Below are positions 36,581-49,482 of a stretch of 64,000 bases of DNA, in pieces. The position numbers and the translations under genes were made by a program. Origin of the DNA: Harriotta raleighana. Lineage: Eukaryota. Within the stretch, counting starts at the first letter, position 1, and each line of letters opens with the position of its first letter. Under the pieces are notes generated by a model. It worked only from the letters and a program-made list of their open reading frames with translations, searched no databases and had not been told where the DNA came from. The stretch is from contig JBNZDD010013635.1 in NCBI GenBank assembly GCA_050575255.1, positions 2,949,356-3,013,355 on the forward strand, written 5' to 3'.

Positions 36581-39128
36581 CTAGCTCATTCAATCTTATT
36601 GGATAAAAGTTAACAATACCTTCTCACTCCAAGTATCCTGCATAAAGTTTAGTATTTATCAAGGGAGGCTAAAGATTCAGAAAAAAAAATTTCCTGATGA
36701 ATATCTGTAGTACAATTCCAGTATAATGTATGCTGATTAATTCCTTTAAAATCCTTTAAAATATTCAGCAAAGAACAGGGTTGAAATTTATAATAAGTAA
36801 AGTGTAGACAATCTATTCATTATGGGAAGCAATGGTCACAGGGCTCATGCATGAGTCATCTGGAAAATTCATGTAACCAGAGTTAAATAGTATGGATTGT
36901 TTCATACCTACTGCAGATGGAGCTTCCAGTCTAGGTGGACAGTGAATTGTGTAGAAAGCAGCTGATTCTGTAAATAAATGGTCTGTAAACAGCAATAGTC
37001 TCTAATTGCTGATGTTATGTGGGAGATTTGCCAATACATCTGATTGGGTTGTCCATTCTGCTACACTGACTGTCTCCCTGAAAACCAAGGTGACAACAGG
37101 AACCTGATAGGTATGGTTACCTGTGTCTCAAATAAGAGAGTATTTTAACTGTTGACTTGTGACTACATTGGAAATCATTTGGCAACTGAATAACAAAGGA
37201 GATCTCATTTTTGAGACCCCCTTCTAGAGTGAAACCACTATGGAGAACAATGATCAACATTAAGATCATTTTGCTTCTGTCTAGAAGTTGAGTAACATCT
37301 TTGGTTAAACTGTTGACAAGTGAATATTGTTATGGCAACATATTTAAGCTATTGTCCCACACCAGCATTAACCGTTATAGTATTGGAAGGAATGAAAGGA
37401 TGCTATTAACTTTAATTCCTTACGGGTATTTGATTGTTTATGTTTGGTTTGGGTACCACTTTGCAAATTATGTAAACACATGGGTATTATGGATGTAGTA
37501 TAAGGCATGCAATTGATGTGCTTTTTCTTGCCCTATTTACTTCACTGTAATAATTGTCCGTTTTAAAAGACTTCTCTCTCGTTACTTCATTATTTGCATC
37601 GTAATATTGATCCCTTGTGCTGCGTATTTGCCACAAATTGAGGGAAGCTGGGGATTGCTTCCAAATCCTAATGGCATTTAGCTGGAAGCAGAGAGTGGAA
37701 TTCTTTTCGGGATAAATTAACTGTGAATAATCAGTAGCTATGGAACAGGCAATAATTACTAGTTAGCAAAACAGCCCCACAATCATGTTTCCATACTCCT
37801 CATTAGGTTTGTACATAGCGCACAAAGAAATCTTTAAAGTTGGAAATTTTTATATAAACAACTTCAGTCACGGCTGAAAACCTTCCTCTTGGGTGTTTAC
37901 GGTCACCTCCTCCCTTCTCTGTTTGTGTTGCTGATTAGATAACAATCGCTTCAGGCTCCTCCACCGGAAAGCGTTCTGAGACACTGCCCCGCATGAAGCG
38001 GGCTATATTGTTGTCAATGTCGGTGGTGTTGTTAAAAAAACAACAGCAGAATAAAATGTGGATCAAGAGCAGAGACTGAAACAAATTGCAATTTTATATG
38101 TCAGTTTCCATTTTTAGTGGTGGACAGCAGTACCCAATACTAGCCAACTATGGTGATGCTATTTGTCAATCGCACACAGACCTGACTTTCGTGACATCAA
38201 TCGCAGTTCCATGGCTCACTGCCATAACCCATTGAAGACTGCTTCCTACTGTAATCCGTCAATGCAATACTTCCCATATCAGATAGTTCTTCATTCAATG
38301 CTCTTCTTTGTTTGAGTTGCCGATTACTGTACATAACAATTGGTTCTTTATAGGTGCAACTAATTTTTCATGGATCAAATAACATGGATATTACAACTTC
38401 AGCTGGATCATCTCGTGGTCTGCTCTGATACTAATATCTTCATAGTGGTTTGGGGAAAACGTAAAGCAAATTGAAATCTCAAACTGGAAGGGATTCTTGA
38501 AATCCTGCGAATGATTTGGAATCAGGCATACTGTGGTCTTTTCCAGGGCTTTATATTACAGTACTATGCTCATATGATGAAACAAGCATCATGCCATTAA
38601 CGTCTATTTCATCAGCTGTTTAACCTGATATGCACAGCGAAAGCAGATATCAAAATCCTTAAATGCTACCCAAAACACAGCTTTGAAACAAATCTCAAAA
38701 GAAGCCATTGATTCTGAAGTCATTTGTAATAAAAATACAAACAACCTTAATACCATAAGGATGTCATGGAAGCCTATCTTCCACTTATCCCTTCTGTAAA
38801 ACATTAGTGTAACATTATTCCCCCAGGGTAAATAACAGATGTTTTCACTGTGTTGTACATGGTTCATAGAAGAATCAAAAAGATTTCAGAAACATAGAAG
38901 TGAATATTAATATTAACTTTTCTAACCAGCCTGCCTGATATATGACGATATATTCGAATTTTTTGAACTTCGAGGTACTGTAGTTGGTGCCACATAATCT
39001 ATGCTGTTTAATCTCTCTCCACCACACGGAAAAAAACACTTCCAAACACTGAAACAAGGAGGCTTGGGACAATTGGCTGTGTGACCTGGGGGAAAGATTC
39101 TCAAGCAGATGTTTTGATATCTGGGATT

Positions 39129-39306
39129 CAATAATAAATTGGTCATTTCAATCCGCGACTGTTTGTGGGACATTGCTGTGTGCAATTGGCTGCTGAGTTT
39201 TGACCACAAATATAGTCAATTCACTTTACAGTATTTTCTGTGAAGAGCTTTAAGATGTCTAGAAAATGTAAAAAGCACTGTATCAAATGCAAGGATTATC
39301 ATTATT
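39129..39306 (+). mobile_element. tRNA-Deu-L2 SINE 3' half
   Basis: High similarity to 34068-34240. Confidence 0.85.
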
Positions 39307-39499
39307 CTTCAGTGGTTTCCATGTTTATATGCAGAGTGTTAAACTACCTGGGCTGTACAATAGTGAACAGATTGTTTGATAGTTTGAAGTGAACTTGGCT
39401 GTGGTTTGGAGAACCTTGGCAATGCGCTTACAGATGTTATATATAACTGTGTTGCTTATCATACCTGTAAAAAAAATTACTTTTTTCTAGTCATTCACA

Positions 39500-39562
39500 A
39501 AAACAGCAACAAAATTACATTTGCAATGCGCCTTTCATGTTGGGAGGACATCCCAAGGTGCC
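39500..39562 (-). mobile_element. L2 extreme 3' end
   Basis: aacaaaattacatttg..gcgcctttcatgttgggaggacatcccaaggtgc. Confidence 0.7.
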
Positions 39563-40597
39563 ACCTACCTATATCTCACGCCTGCAGGATAAACGGGGGA
39601 TGGGAGAGGAGGCCTTTTTTGTTAGATAAAGATCTCCGGACCATCTGTATTCCCGATGCAGAACTGAGGCATGCAGAAATTCAAGAAATATTCACCAGAT
39701 GAAAAAGCTTGCCATTGCTCCCTGTTTTTCCACTCTGTCCTTGTTTCTGTCCCTTTCTCGCTCACATTACAAATACAGTATATATGAAAAAAACACGCAT
39801 CTCCAGGGAAAGCATTGTGCTATCCTCATCTCAAAGACTTTGATCAGAGACAGCCTACACTGAGCCAAATCCGAGCCACACACTGCTGTGGGGAATCAAC
39901 AGCTGCCACAACAGAATGTTGCTCATTCATATTTTAAAATATCACATCATGTATTGTATTTATGTATTTATTACTTTGGAGCCAGGGGATTCAGAGACTT
40001 GTAACGTGGTCCGTTTTGACAACAGCACTGTGGAAAGGCTTTGTAGAAACTCGTGTAGACAGGAAGGGAAAGAAAGGTAGAATGAAGTGAATCTCTTGTT
40101 GATGTTAAATAATTGATTGCCAATGACTCTCGAGGAGACCAACTAGCTGTAGGGTAATTCGTACATTCATCAACAAGTCTTCTCCCTACAGAGGAAGAAC
40201 TACTAGAGAATATTGTACCAGTCTCATTTTATCCCTTGTTCCCTTTGCTACACACAACATTTCCATTTAAAACATTGGGTAAACCGTCTGTTCTTGTAAT
40301 TGCTACAGTGTCAATTATTAATTACAACAAGGTTATTCCAGAAAAGATCACATTTCTTACAGACTGCTGTGAAACGAAGAGAGAACATATCTGCTGCTGC
40401 AAAAAAAATCTTAATTTTGTTAGCGATGTGTCCATTCTCAAACTTTTTGTTCACCTCAGAGAAATTGCTCTGAATTCAAATTTATTTTAGTTAATATTTC
40501 TTCCTATTATGTAATCCTTCTCAGCTCCATGTAGGAGCTGTTCAAAAATACTGAATCTGCACATGCAACATTTGAAATGGCGTTAATCCATTTCACC

Positions 40598-40990
40598 TTA
40601 GTCTGGCAGCACTCTAAATCAGAAATGGTTGATTCAATCCGCGAGTTGCAGTACTGGGGCAATCTCTATTGTTGAAGGTGTCGTCTTTTAAATGAGACAT
40701 TGAAGCGTGGTCAATCTGCCTGTCCTGTTCAAGTAGACATTACAAATTCTGTGCCACTGTTTGCAAAGAGAAAGGAGTTCCTTCTGGTGTCCTGGCTAAC
40801 AATCCCCCAGATAGAAAAGGATCATTCATGGCTGTTTGTGGGACATAGTTGTGTGCAAGTTATCTGCCCTGTTGCCCTACAAATAAATAGTCAGTGCACA
40901 TTATAAATACATTTGTGAAATGCTTCGAGACATTTTGAAGTGATGAGCCACTGTACTAAATGGAAGGAGGATTATTATTGTTATTATTTT
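40598..40990 (+). mobile_element. old near-full DeuSINE (SacSINE1/AmnSINE1-like)
   Basis: tgcagtactgggg...ggtgtcgtcttttaaatgagacattgaagcg...ggtgtcctggctaaca...gctgtttgtgggaca...(ATT)n. Confidence 0.75.
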
Positions 40991-43900
40991 CTGTACTTTT
41001 TCCACCTTTTATTATATCTAGCTATCATATATTTCACAAACAGTTGAAATAGAATGGACCAGCTTAACAGCTCTGCCTGCCTCAGACCCAATAAACACGG
41101 TTTGAGTACCACAGACAGCATTGAGAGACAACTACCAACTATCCCAGTTGATTTTACCTCTGTGCTGCTAACTTGTAGCAAGAGGGAGGATGGACACCCC
41201 CTTTAGGAGTAGGGTAATCACTGTGTCCGTAATTAATGGCAGCACGACATTAGTGTTGTGTCACAGTCAGTGAAGACAGGGCCACCCTCATTGACAGAAT
41301 AAATAAACAGTTAAACATTGGTTTATGAAATCCGCCTGTCTATGTGACCAGAACCTGCCATAAATTGTGTTGCAAATCATACTGGCATGTTTTACTCCCC
41401 TGCTGTGTGCTTAGAGTGATGTGTGAATCTCTGCTATTTCTTTCCTTTCACTTAAGGAAACTTGAAAGAAGCCATTGTTCAATCTATCGCATCTTGGACA
41501 GCTCACTAACCTTGAGTGAATTTGAAACCTAGCACGATGCAAGTAGCTAATTTCAAATCAGAGCAATCTTTTATAAAATTCTGCAAAGATATTCCTAATT
41601 ATCAAACAACTCTCATCTAAACCTTATTTCATTCTTCTGTTACAGATAGAAATGACAGCCTTTGCGTTTTGTGCTTTAGGATCATTAGCCTTCGTGGAAA
41701 CGTCTGCTTTAAAGGCTTATGTGAGTGAGGACTGCATGGCATCAGTTTGCGATGTGCTGGTAATTGTGATAGGATTTCTTGCTGTGTGTGTGCGAAGATA
41801 GATCTTAGACCCCAGCAGGAGGGAAGGCGCAGGCATCCATCCTTTGTCAAATAGAATTTGATGCAGGTAGTGTATATCTGTACCACATGCTGAGGAAGTG
41901 TGGCTCACTGCATGAAAAAGAAGATGAAACTAGATCAGGTGAAACGATCAGGTAACTAAAAGTGATGTAAAGCAAGCGAGTTCTTGTTTTATCATCACTT
42001 CTGAGGAACAGATTTCTTTGCCCCCAGGTAATACCTGCCGGAAGTCTGGGGGTGCTTGCGGTGTTATTTCAAATTATGCCCTAAGGTTATCTGTCTGTCT
42101 TGTTCTGCAGTCTAAAATCTGAGAAGGATGTATCACCAACAAGAGTGCATAAGCCAAGGGCAAGAGCCTATTCTTGGCCAGCTGTTGCATTGTATTCCTG
42201 GGAAGATTACCACAGTAATACTCAGCATTCTCCTTCATTTGAATCCGATTAAGGATTCTGCAGAGTATGAAGACATAAGTCTGCCTAAAGTATAATGCAA
42301 TTCACTTTTCTATGGTTAATACTATTATAGTCGAATCCCATTCAATGTTCACAAAGGCAATCCTATTTTGTACAAAATCTGGTCTTCTATTAGATATAAC
42401 GGGAATCCATTACAGTAAATTAAGAATGATATAAAGAGCATACAATGTTCTATGGGGGCCACCAACAGTGGGTTAGGCATTAGTCGGTCTGGACCTCCCA
42501 CAGAGATGGAGGATGGCCACAGAAAAGAATCATTCCCGAGTTTGTCCATGTGCAATTGTTTGCATATTGCTGTCAGTGCTGCTCGTCATGCTCTGGAATT
42601 GTAGTACTTCATTACTTAGAATGTACAAGTTGTGTTACATCTAGTGAATCTGGCAAGGATTGTGGTGATGAACAAGTTGTCCAATCAATAACTTGCCCAA
42701 AATGCAACTGGATCAAGGAAATCCACCAGAAGAGATGATCTGTTGCTGAGTTTACACCCGCAGCACAACTGTCAAAGGCACAGCAGCAACACTACAATAG
42801 GAACACTTTTTATAAGACTACAAGTAAATAAATAAATGTTTCCTTGTTTATTGCCTGCAAACACGTTTGTCTCTACAGTATTTTGCAAATCAACAGTAAA
42901 TAGAGAAAGAGGAAAATTTTGCTAGGTGGATTTGTAGAAATCGATGTTTCTCTTGAAGCTGTTGCTGAGAGACATGAATTATATCCTACTTATTTTGAAA
43001 CACTGCATATTGTAACCCATCTGAGGAAACATCAGCTTATTCTGCACTACACACACTGAAATTACGCGTAATGGAGAAGAGCTCTTTATAGCCCTACCTA
43101 CATGCAATGTCTGCAAAATAATTCCTGAAACAGATTAATATGTTCAAAGATCNCTCCTACCTGCAATGTCTGCAAAATAATTCCTGAAACAGATTAATAT
43201 GTTCAAAGATCACTGAAATCCAAACCATTTGGTCTATTCTCATTTTATTGGGATAGGACAATTTGCTTTCCGACATTTTATTTCTTAATATGTTCCAAAC
43301 ATTTCAGTGTATGCAATGCCAGCAATGTTCAGAGAGAATAAATTCAAGGTTACTCTCTGCTATACGAGGTTAATGTTATGTTTGTAAATTGATCGCATGG
43401 TGTTTCAGAAAGAATGTCTCATAAAGAATGTCTAGAAAATAGGAATTAAAGGTAGTCTGGGCACTCAGGGTGGGGAGTGAAGCATTAGACGTGCATGTTA
43501 GAGGGACAAAAACTTAGATTATGCAGATCACATTAGGAGAATTGCAGCTCTATTGATGATAGCTTAAAACGTTTGGATGCTTTGTATTCTGGGGAATGCG
43601 TTGAGGTGATGGAGCTTGTCACGTGGGTTGTTGTAGCTAATTTTGATTAACAACACTACTAGCTGTCGTGAAGATGCAAACGCAATCTCAGTTTACACTC
43701 TTTATCTTTTTCTGATGTCTTAGATCCTGAGCTCAGTCTCTCTCTTTCTCCTTTTCCTTCTTTGACTAAAGAAGCATCAGAGGAATATATGCTGTTAATA
43801 GATATAAAGATATCTTGTAAATATTCTAGCACTTAGTTAGAAGGAGCTGGAACAAGAAACGCAGAATAGCTGAAAGCGATACAAAACGTAGAACATAATA

Positions 43901-44798
43901 TCAGTGTGTGATTTCATTTGCAGTGTAGAGTAATCTGCTTTCGTGGTAAATTGCGTGACATCATTAAACACAGATACAGTGACACTGAAGTGGAGATGAT
44001 TCGCTAATGTGCCACCACTCATCACTTTAACAGAGGGTTTCTTTCCAACTGTATGTACGTAGATGTTTTGCATAAATTGTGCAAATATGTCACCCACCCC
44101 ATATATGTACTCACTGGCAGAAACTGTAAATGATTGAAACTGTAAGACGATTGCTTCATTGACAGATGTGTTCAACTTAAGTTATTTTGTTATGACAAGC
44201 CCAAACTACATTTCCCAGCACTCGTTGCAAAACCATACCTCAACAACAAACTAACCTAATAAATAAATACATATATTTAAAAAATCACTGAAAGTATTCT
44301 ATAAAGATAGCCAAAAAGCAAGGGAACTCTTCATTTTCAAAAGATCAACCCAGTCAAAAATGTCAGCTGTCAAGCAGCAAACATGAAATTCGATCACAAG
44401 TCAATGCAATCTTGTACGAACCTTGCCTGAATTGCACCAGTGAGGGATTGACAGAAGGTTACAGTTAAGTTACCAGAAGCTGCAGTCTTGGTTGGTCACA
44501 ATTCAAGGAGTCACCAAATCTCACAGCTAACACTGTTAGGGCTCAGTCAATCTATTGCATACACTCAGGATCAATCAGAAGGTAACCATGATCTGAGCTA
44601 ACAACAGTCATTGCTTGACCTGAGACAGTCACTGCTGAGATTCTGTGCAAAAAGCAGCTAGCAATCCAACATGGGCCAGTAACTACAAATAGTTCAGCAC
44701 CAATGAGAGCTGGGGTGACTGAGGCAGAAAAAACTGAAGTCAGCCACAGCCACAGGATACAAAGGGAATAAAGCACTATCACCTGAAGTCACATTGTA

Positions 44799-45309
44799 CA
44801 GTAAAAGTCCTTTAATCTGGCACTTGATAATCCGGAAACTTTATAGTTCGGCATCTGCAACGGTCCTTTTTTCGCAAGCTGCACATCTTTATGCGCATCT
44901 CTTCCCAGAGATCCTTCACACTACTATTTTCCTCAGGGGCCCGTCACTGATGTTACATGCACATGTGCACTTTAACAAGTGCGCGCGTGTGCGTGCCCGC
45001 ATTTAAAAAAAAAANAGGGGCCCGTCACTGATGTTACATGCACATGTGCACTTTAACAAGTGCGCGCGTGTGCGTGCCCGCATTTTTAAAAAAAATTAAC
45101 TTTTGGCGTGTGCGATGCCAAAATCCGCCGGGATGGGGAGAGCTCTGAGTTTCGCTGTATAGGAATGTAACAAAGATAAGAGAACAGTATTTTCTGTGAC
45201 AGCACACTCAAATCATCCCATCCCTAAGAGTAACATCCAATAATCCGGCATATCCGATAATTCAGCACCGCCTAGGTCCAAACCGGGCCGGATTATCAGA
45301 CGTTTACTG
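44799..45309. mobile_element. Tigger/pogo-like MITE
   Basis: TIR CAGTAAAAGTCCTTTAATCTGGCAC vs CAGTAAACGTCTGATAATCCGGCCC, TA flanks, subterminal taatccgg repeats. Confidence 0.8.
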
Positions 45310-45651
45310 TACAATGTTGGATATGGAATCGGAGTCCTGTAGCTCTGTTAGAGATCAAACAGCTCAATGGTTAGAGCACTCTGTGTTCAAATCCAGGCAG
45401 GAGCGAAACCTTGAGCAAGTTTCCTTACTCCACAAACCCAATAATAATCCCTCAAAAAAAGCCTAGGTCCAAACCGGGCCGGATTATCAGACGTTTACTG
45501 TACAATGTTGGATATGGAATCGGAGTCCTGTAGCTCTGTTAGAGATCAAACAGCTCAATGGTTAGAGCACTCTGTGTTCAAATCCAGGCAGGAGCGAAAC
45601 CTTGAGCAAGTTTCCTTACTCCACAAACCCAATAATAATCCCTCAAAAAAA
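45270..45651. repeat. perfect 191-bp tandem duplication
   Basis: 45270-45460 matches 45461-45651. Spans the MITE right end and the SINE 5' half. Confidence 0.9.
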
Positions 45652-45840
45652 CTATAATAAATTAGTCATTTCAATCTGCAAGTGTTTGTGGGACACTGCT
45701 ATGCGCAATTGGCTGCCGCGTTTCGCCCACAAAAAATATAGTCAATTCACTTTGAAGTATTTTCTGTGAAGCGCTTTGAGATGTCTAGGAGACTTGAAAA
45801 GTGCTATATAAAATATGTGATTATATTGTTATTATTATTG
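45522..45840 (+). mobile_element. young tRNA-Deu-L2 SINE (5' half also at 45331-45460)
   Basis: ggagtcctgtagctc head with a 20-bp insertion in the A box, Deu segment, tail. Confidence 0.85.
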
Positions 45841-46282
45841 TATGATATTTAGTGTAGGCAATGCTTTCAAGCAGCAAACATCAAATTAGATTGTATTACA
45901 GACTGTATAACATCAGCAAGACAATGATGATCAGTGATCTAAACTAAAACTTCTGCTGGAGCCGAGCCATTTCACACTTTAGATTAAATATATATTCTGA
46001 TCACCACAATGTGGTTTTGTTGATCAATTTCTCTCTTCCTCCTCTTCCATAGAGGACTACTCCTAAGTCCAACTGAGGCCAGATAACGCAGCACTGTCTG
46101 CAAGTCGAATTTGCAATCAACTGAACTGTACAGCAGATTGCTGGAGTGCTGCACTTTTTGTGCAAGGAAACATGGCAGTTAATTGCCACACAGCAATGTC
46201 TGATGAAGTTGGGAAGGCTAGATTACTTTGATAAGGATCTTGAGAGGTGAGATTGCTTCCAATTGAGCTGGTCTGACATCTA

Positions 46283-46352
46283 AAACAACAACAACAACAA
46301 AATTACATTTGTATAGCGCCTTTCGTGTCGGGAGGATGTCCCAAGGCGCTGG
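46283..46352 (-). mobile_element. L2 extreme 3' end
   Basis: (CAA)n aaattacatttgtatagcgcctttcgtgtcgggaggatgtcccaaggcgctg, the reverse complement of 59035-59100. Confidence 0.85.
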
Positions 46353-47923
46353 GACTTTCCACTATACAGCAAAATATACAGGCGTCAAGGATGATTTGAC
46401 TAAGAGTGACAGAATTAGTATTCAGCTTGAATGGCAACAAAATATTGACTAGTGAACACCAATCTACTAGTCGGGCCAAATGGCCTATTTCCATGAAGTG
46501 ACATTCAATGTAATTCAATCTGAATCCCACACTCATTAAGTTATTTCCAACATTCTACATGCCATAGAAAGAGAGTTTATGTTTTACCAGGTGTTCTAAC
46601 ATAAATGTCCTGTAATCTATTGGGATGCTACATCATCTGTGACAGTTCTGGGACATTGTTTTTGTGCTGCAAGTTATGAGGGTCTTCACTCACTTTAATG
46701 GAGGAATTAAAATGGGAACAGATGTTAAAAACAGCAGCAGTGGTGTTAGACTGTTGTTTCTGTCCCTCTAGAGTGTAGAACGCTGTGCATCACATGAAGA
46801 TGATGAGGTGTAACACAGAGCATGTAGTCATAACCATCTATGTCATCATGGCACTCACCACATTTGCTTTGTCAGTAGCCAATGTTGCTGGGATTAAATT
46901 GATTGCAAAGAGCCTTCCCTCCATTAACTATAGTAACTTGTTGGATGACAAGAGCTGTACAGTTGCATTCTGATTTAGCAACAAGTGTGAAGCTCAATGA
47001 TTCCTGTGATTAATCAGGTGAAAACATGGCCCAATTGATTCTCGGGGGTGGCGTTCCTCAATTCTAGGCAATATATTATACATATGCTCAGTCTCTTCCT
47101 AGTGTGTGCAGCTGATATTTACTGACTCTTACAGTTGGCACAAACTTGGTCGATCCAAATGACATCTTCAACAAATGGTTGCCATACAAACTGGCCAGCC
47201 TGAACATTATTAAGAGATCCTGGGTTGGAAAGGGTTACGTTCATATCAAATGGTTCAAAGTACCTGTCATATGTGAAGTTGCAAACCTACCAATGGTACA
47301 ATGAACAGAAATCAAGATCCAGCACCCTCACTCCCACAGCAGTAGTTCAGGGTATATGTGTTCAGCTCCTGACCTGGTATGACTGTCAGATAGTGATGTA
47401 TGAACTTTGATGTATGAGCGCTGTAAGCCTCCTTCAGTTAATTCTGAGAGGCCACTATATCAACCCATTTGTCTATGCCAGTGTTCCCAGCCTTCTCTCT
47501 GCTGTGCTGCAGCTGGTCCAAACAATTCCAATTCCTTTCTAAATTTCACAGATCAGAACAGAGAAAGAAATAAGGCAGACCATTCTTGATTTGATTCCTT
47601 GTATGTTTTTTATCCTCAATTGTGTTTGTGTGTACGTGTGTGTGTTTAGAGGAGATGGGAGAGGAGGGGCAATTATGAACACATATCCAAAGTGAGAATT
47701 TGAGATTCTTTAGGATCAGGTTATGGTAAAGGCATTAAAATATGAGTAAATATTATAAGCTTTGTAATTTGATACAGTTCCAGCTGGCTATCTCACCCTC
47801 AATGTACACACATTACTTGGAAATTTTGCGCTGCTAATTCACACACGAGGAACTGGGTTGAGACTATCCAATTTTGCTTAAAAGTACCTTTACAGGGAGT
47901 AAACTACCTTTCCACTATTATTT

Positions 47924-48712
47924 ACATAGAATCATAGAATCATAGAAGGTTACGTCATAGAGGGAGGCCATTCAGCCCATCGAGTCTGTGTCGGCTCTTT
48001 GACAGAGCAATGTCACTTTATTAACCCCAATCACCAGCTTTCTCCCCATAACCCTGCAAACCCATCTTCTCCAGATACCTATCCAGTTCTCTCTCAAAAG
48101 CTGCTATCGAATCGGACCTCACTACCCTTTCAGGCAGATCATTCCAAATTCGAACAACTCTCTGAGTGAAAAAAATTCTTCTAACCTCCCTTCTGCTTCT
48201 TTTGGTAGATATCTTAAGACTGTGACCTCGGGTCACAGACAAACCTACCAGCGGAAACAGCTTTTCCCTATCTAGCCTGTCGAAACCTTTCATGATCTTG
48301 AAGACCTCTATTAGACCTCTATCCCCGCGTAACCCTCTCTGCTCTAATGGGAAAAGTCCTAACTTCTCCAGCCTGTCCTCATAGCTAAAGTTCCCCATTC
48401 CTGGAATCATTCTCGTGAATCTCCTCTGCACCCTTTCCAGTGCCTTAATGTCCTTCCTGTAGTAAGGTGCCCAGAACTGGACGCAGTACTCCAGCTGAGG
48501 CCTAACCAGTGTTTTGTATAAATTAACCATAACTTCCCTACTCTTAAACTCTATGCCTCTACTAATAAAGCTCAGTACACCAAATGCCTTTTTTACTGCC
48601 TTATCTACCTGCCCTGATACCTTTAATGATTCGCTTACTTGAACACCCAGATCTCTCTGTACGTTCACCCCCCCTTAAGATTGAGCTACCAAGTCTATAT
48701 TGCCTCCTATCA
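47924..48712 (-). mobile_element. 5'-truncated CR1 LINE, ORF2 C-terminal 215 aa open (48021-48668)
   Basis: QRDLGV, LYKTLVRPQLEYCVQFW, LERVQRRFTRMI, TRGHSLK, FFTQRVVRIWNDLP motifs, plus (TTCTATGA)n octamer tail. Confidence 0.95.
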
Positions 48713-48849
48713 TACAATTGCTTTAATGATCTGAGGTGCCTGAAGCAATTCAAATGTTTGATATTATTTTAATTTGTACCTCTGTCTCCGTTCCAATTTA
48801 TTTTTAATTTGTAAGTGACAAAGATATAACCCGCAAAATACAATCAATC

Positions 48850-48938
48850 AAATTTACAGTATATTCTGTGAAGCGCTTTGCGATTTCTTGACAATGTGAT
48901 CAGGTGCTCTATCAAATGCAAGGATTACTATTATTATT
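48850..48938 (+). mobile_element. SINE tail fragment
   Basis: tttacagtatattctgtgaagcgctttg...atcaaatgcaaggattactattatt. Confidence 0.75.
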
Positions 48939-49205
48939 CATGAATCAAGTCACTTCCGCTGGCCATCATTTTGGTTTGATCTGATTCTGCCTCAGATACT
49001 CTCTGGAGAAGCTTGCAACTCTGCCAGTGGTGGCGAGACTGCTGTGAAGGTAGTATCAGGGCAGGCACTTCACCCAGTATTGGTTGTTTAGTTAAGGATT
49101 CAATTCAGTAGATCCCAACGTGACATTTTTCTCAGGTGCAGAAAAAATTGTGAAAGGCATTGAGGCTGATATTAACCCCTTCAGCACTAAATAGTTCAGT
49201 GGCTC

Positions 49206-49482
49206 ATAATAAAAATCCTTTTTGCTATAGCGCTTTTCATGTCTTTTAGATGTCTCAAAGCACCGACTGTATTGTAAAGTGAATTGACTGTATATTTGTG
49301 TGTGAAGCGTGGCAGCCAATTGCACACAGCAGTGTCCCACAGTCGTGGATTAAACTAACCAATTTTTTTTTAATCTTGAGGGATTAAAACCAGGCGTATG
49401 GAATAAGGAAACTTGCCCTGCCAAGGATTGCATCCAGGTCTCTCGCTTGCGAGGTGAGTGCTCCAACCAATGAGCTACAGGA
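49206..49482 (-). mobile_element. young tRNA-Deu-L2 SINE
   Basis: Head, Deu segment and tail all visible on the minus strand. Confidence 0.85.
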
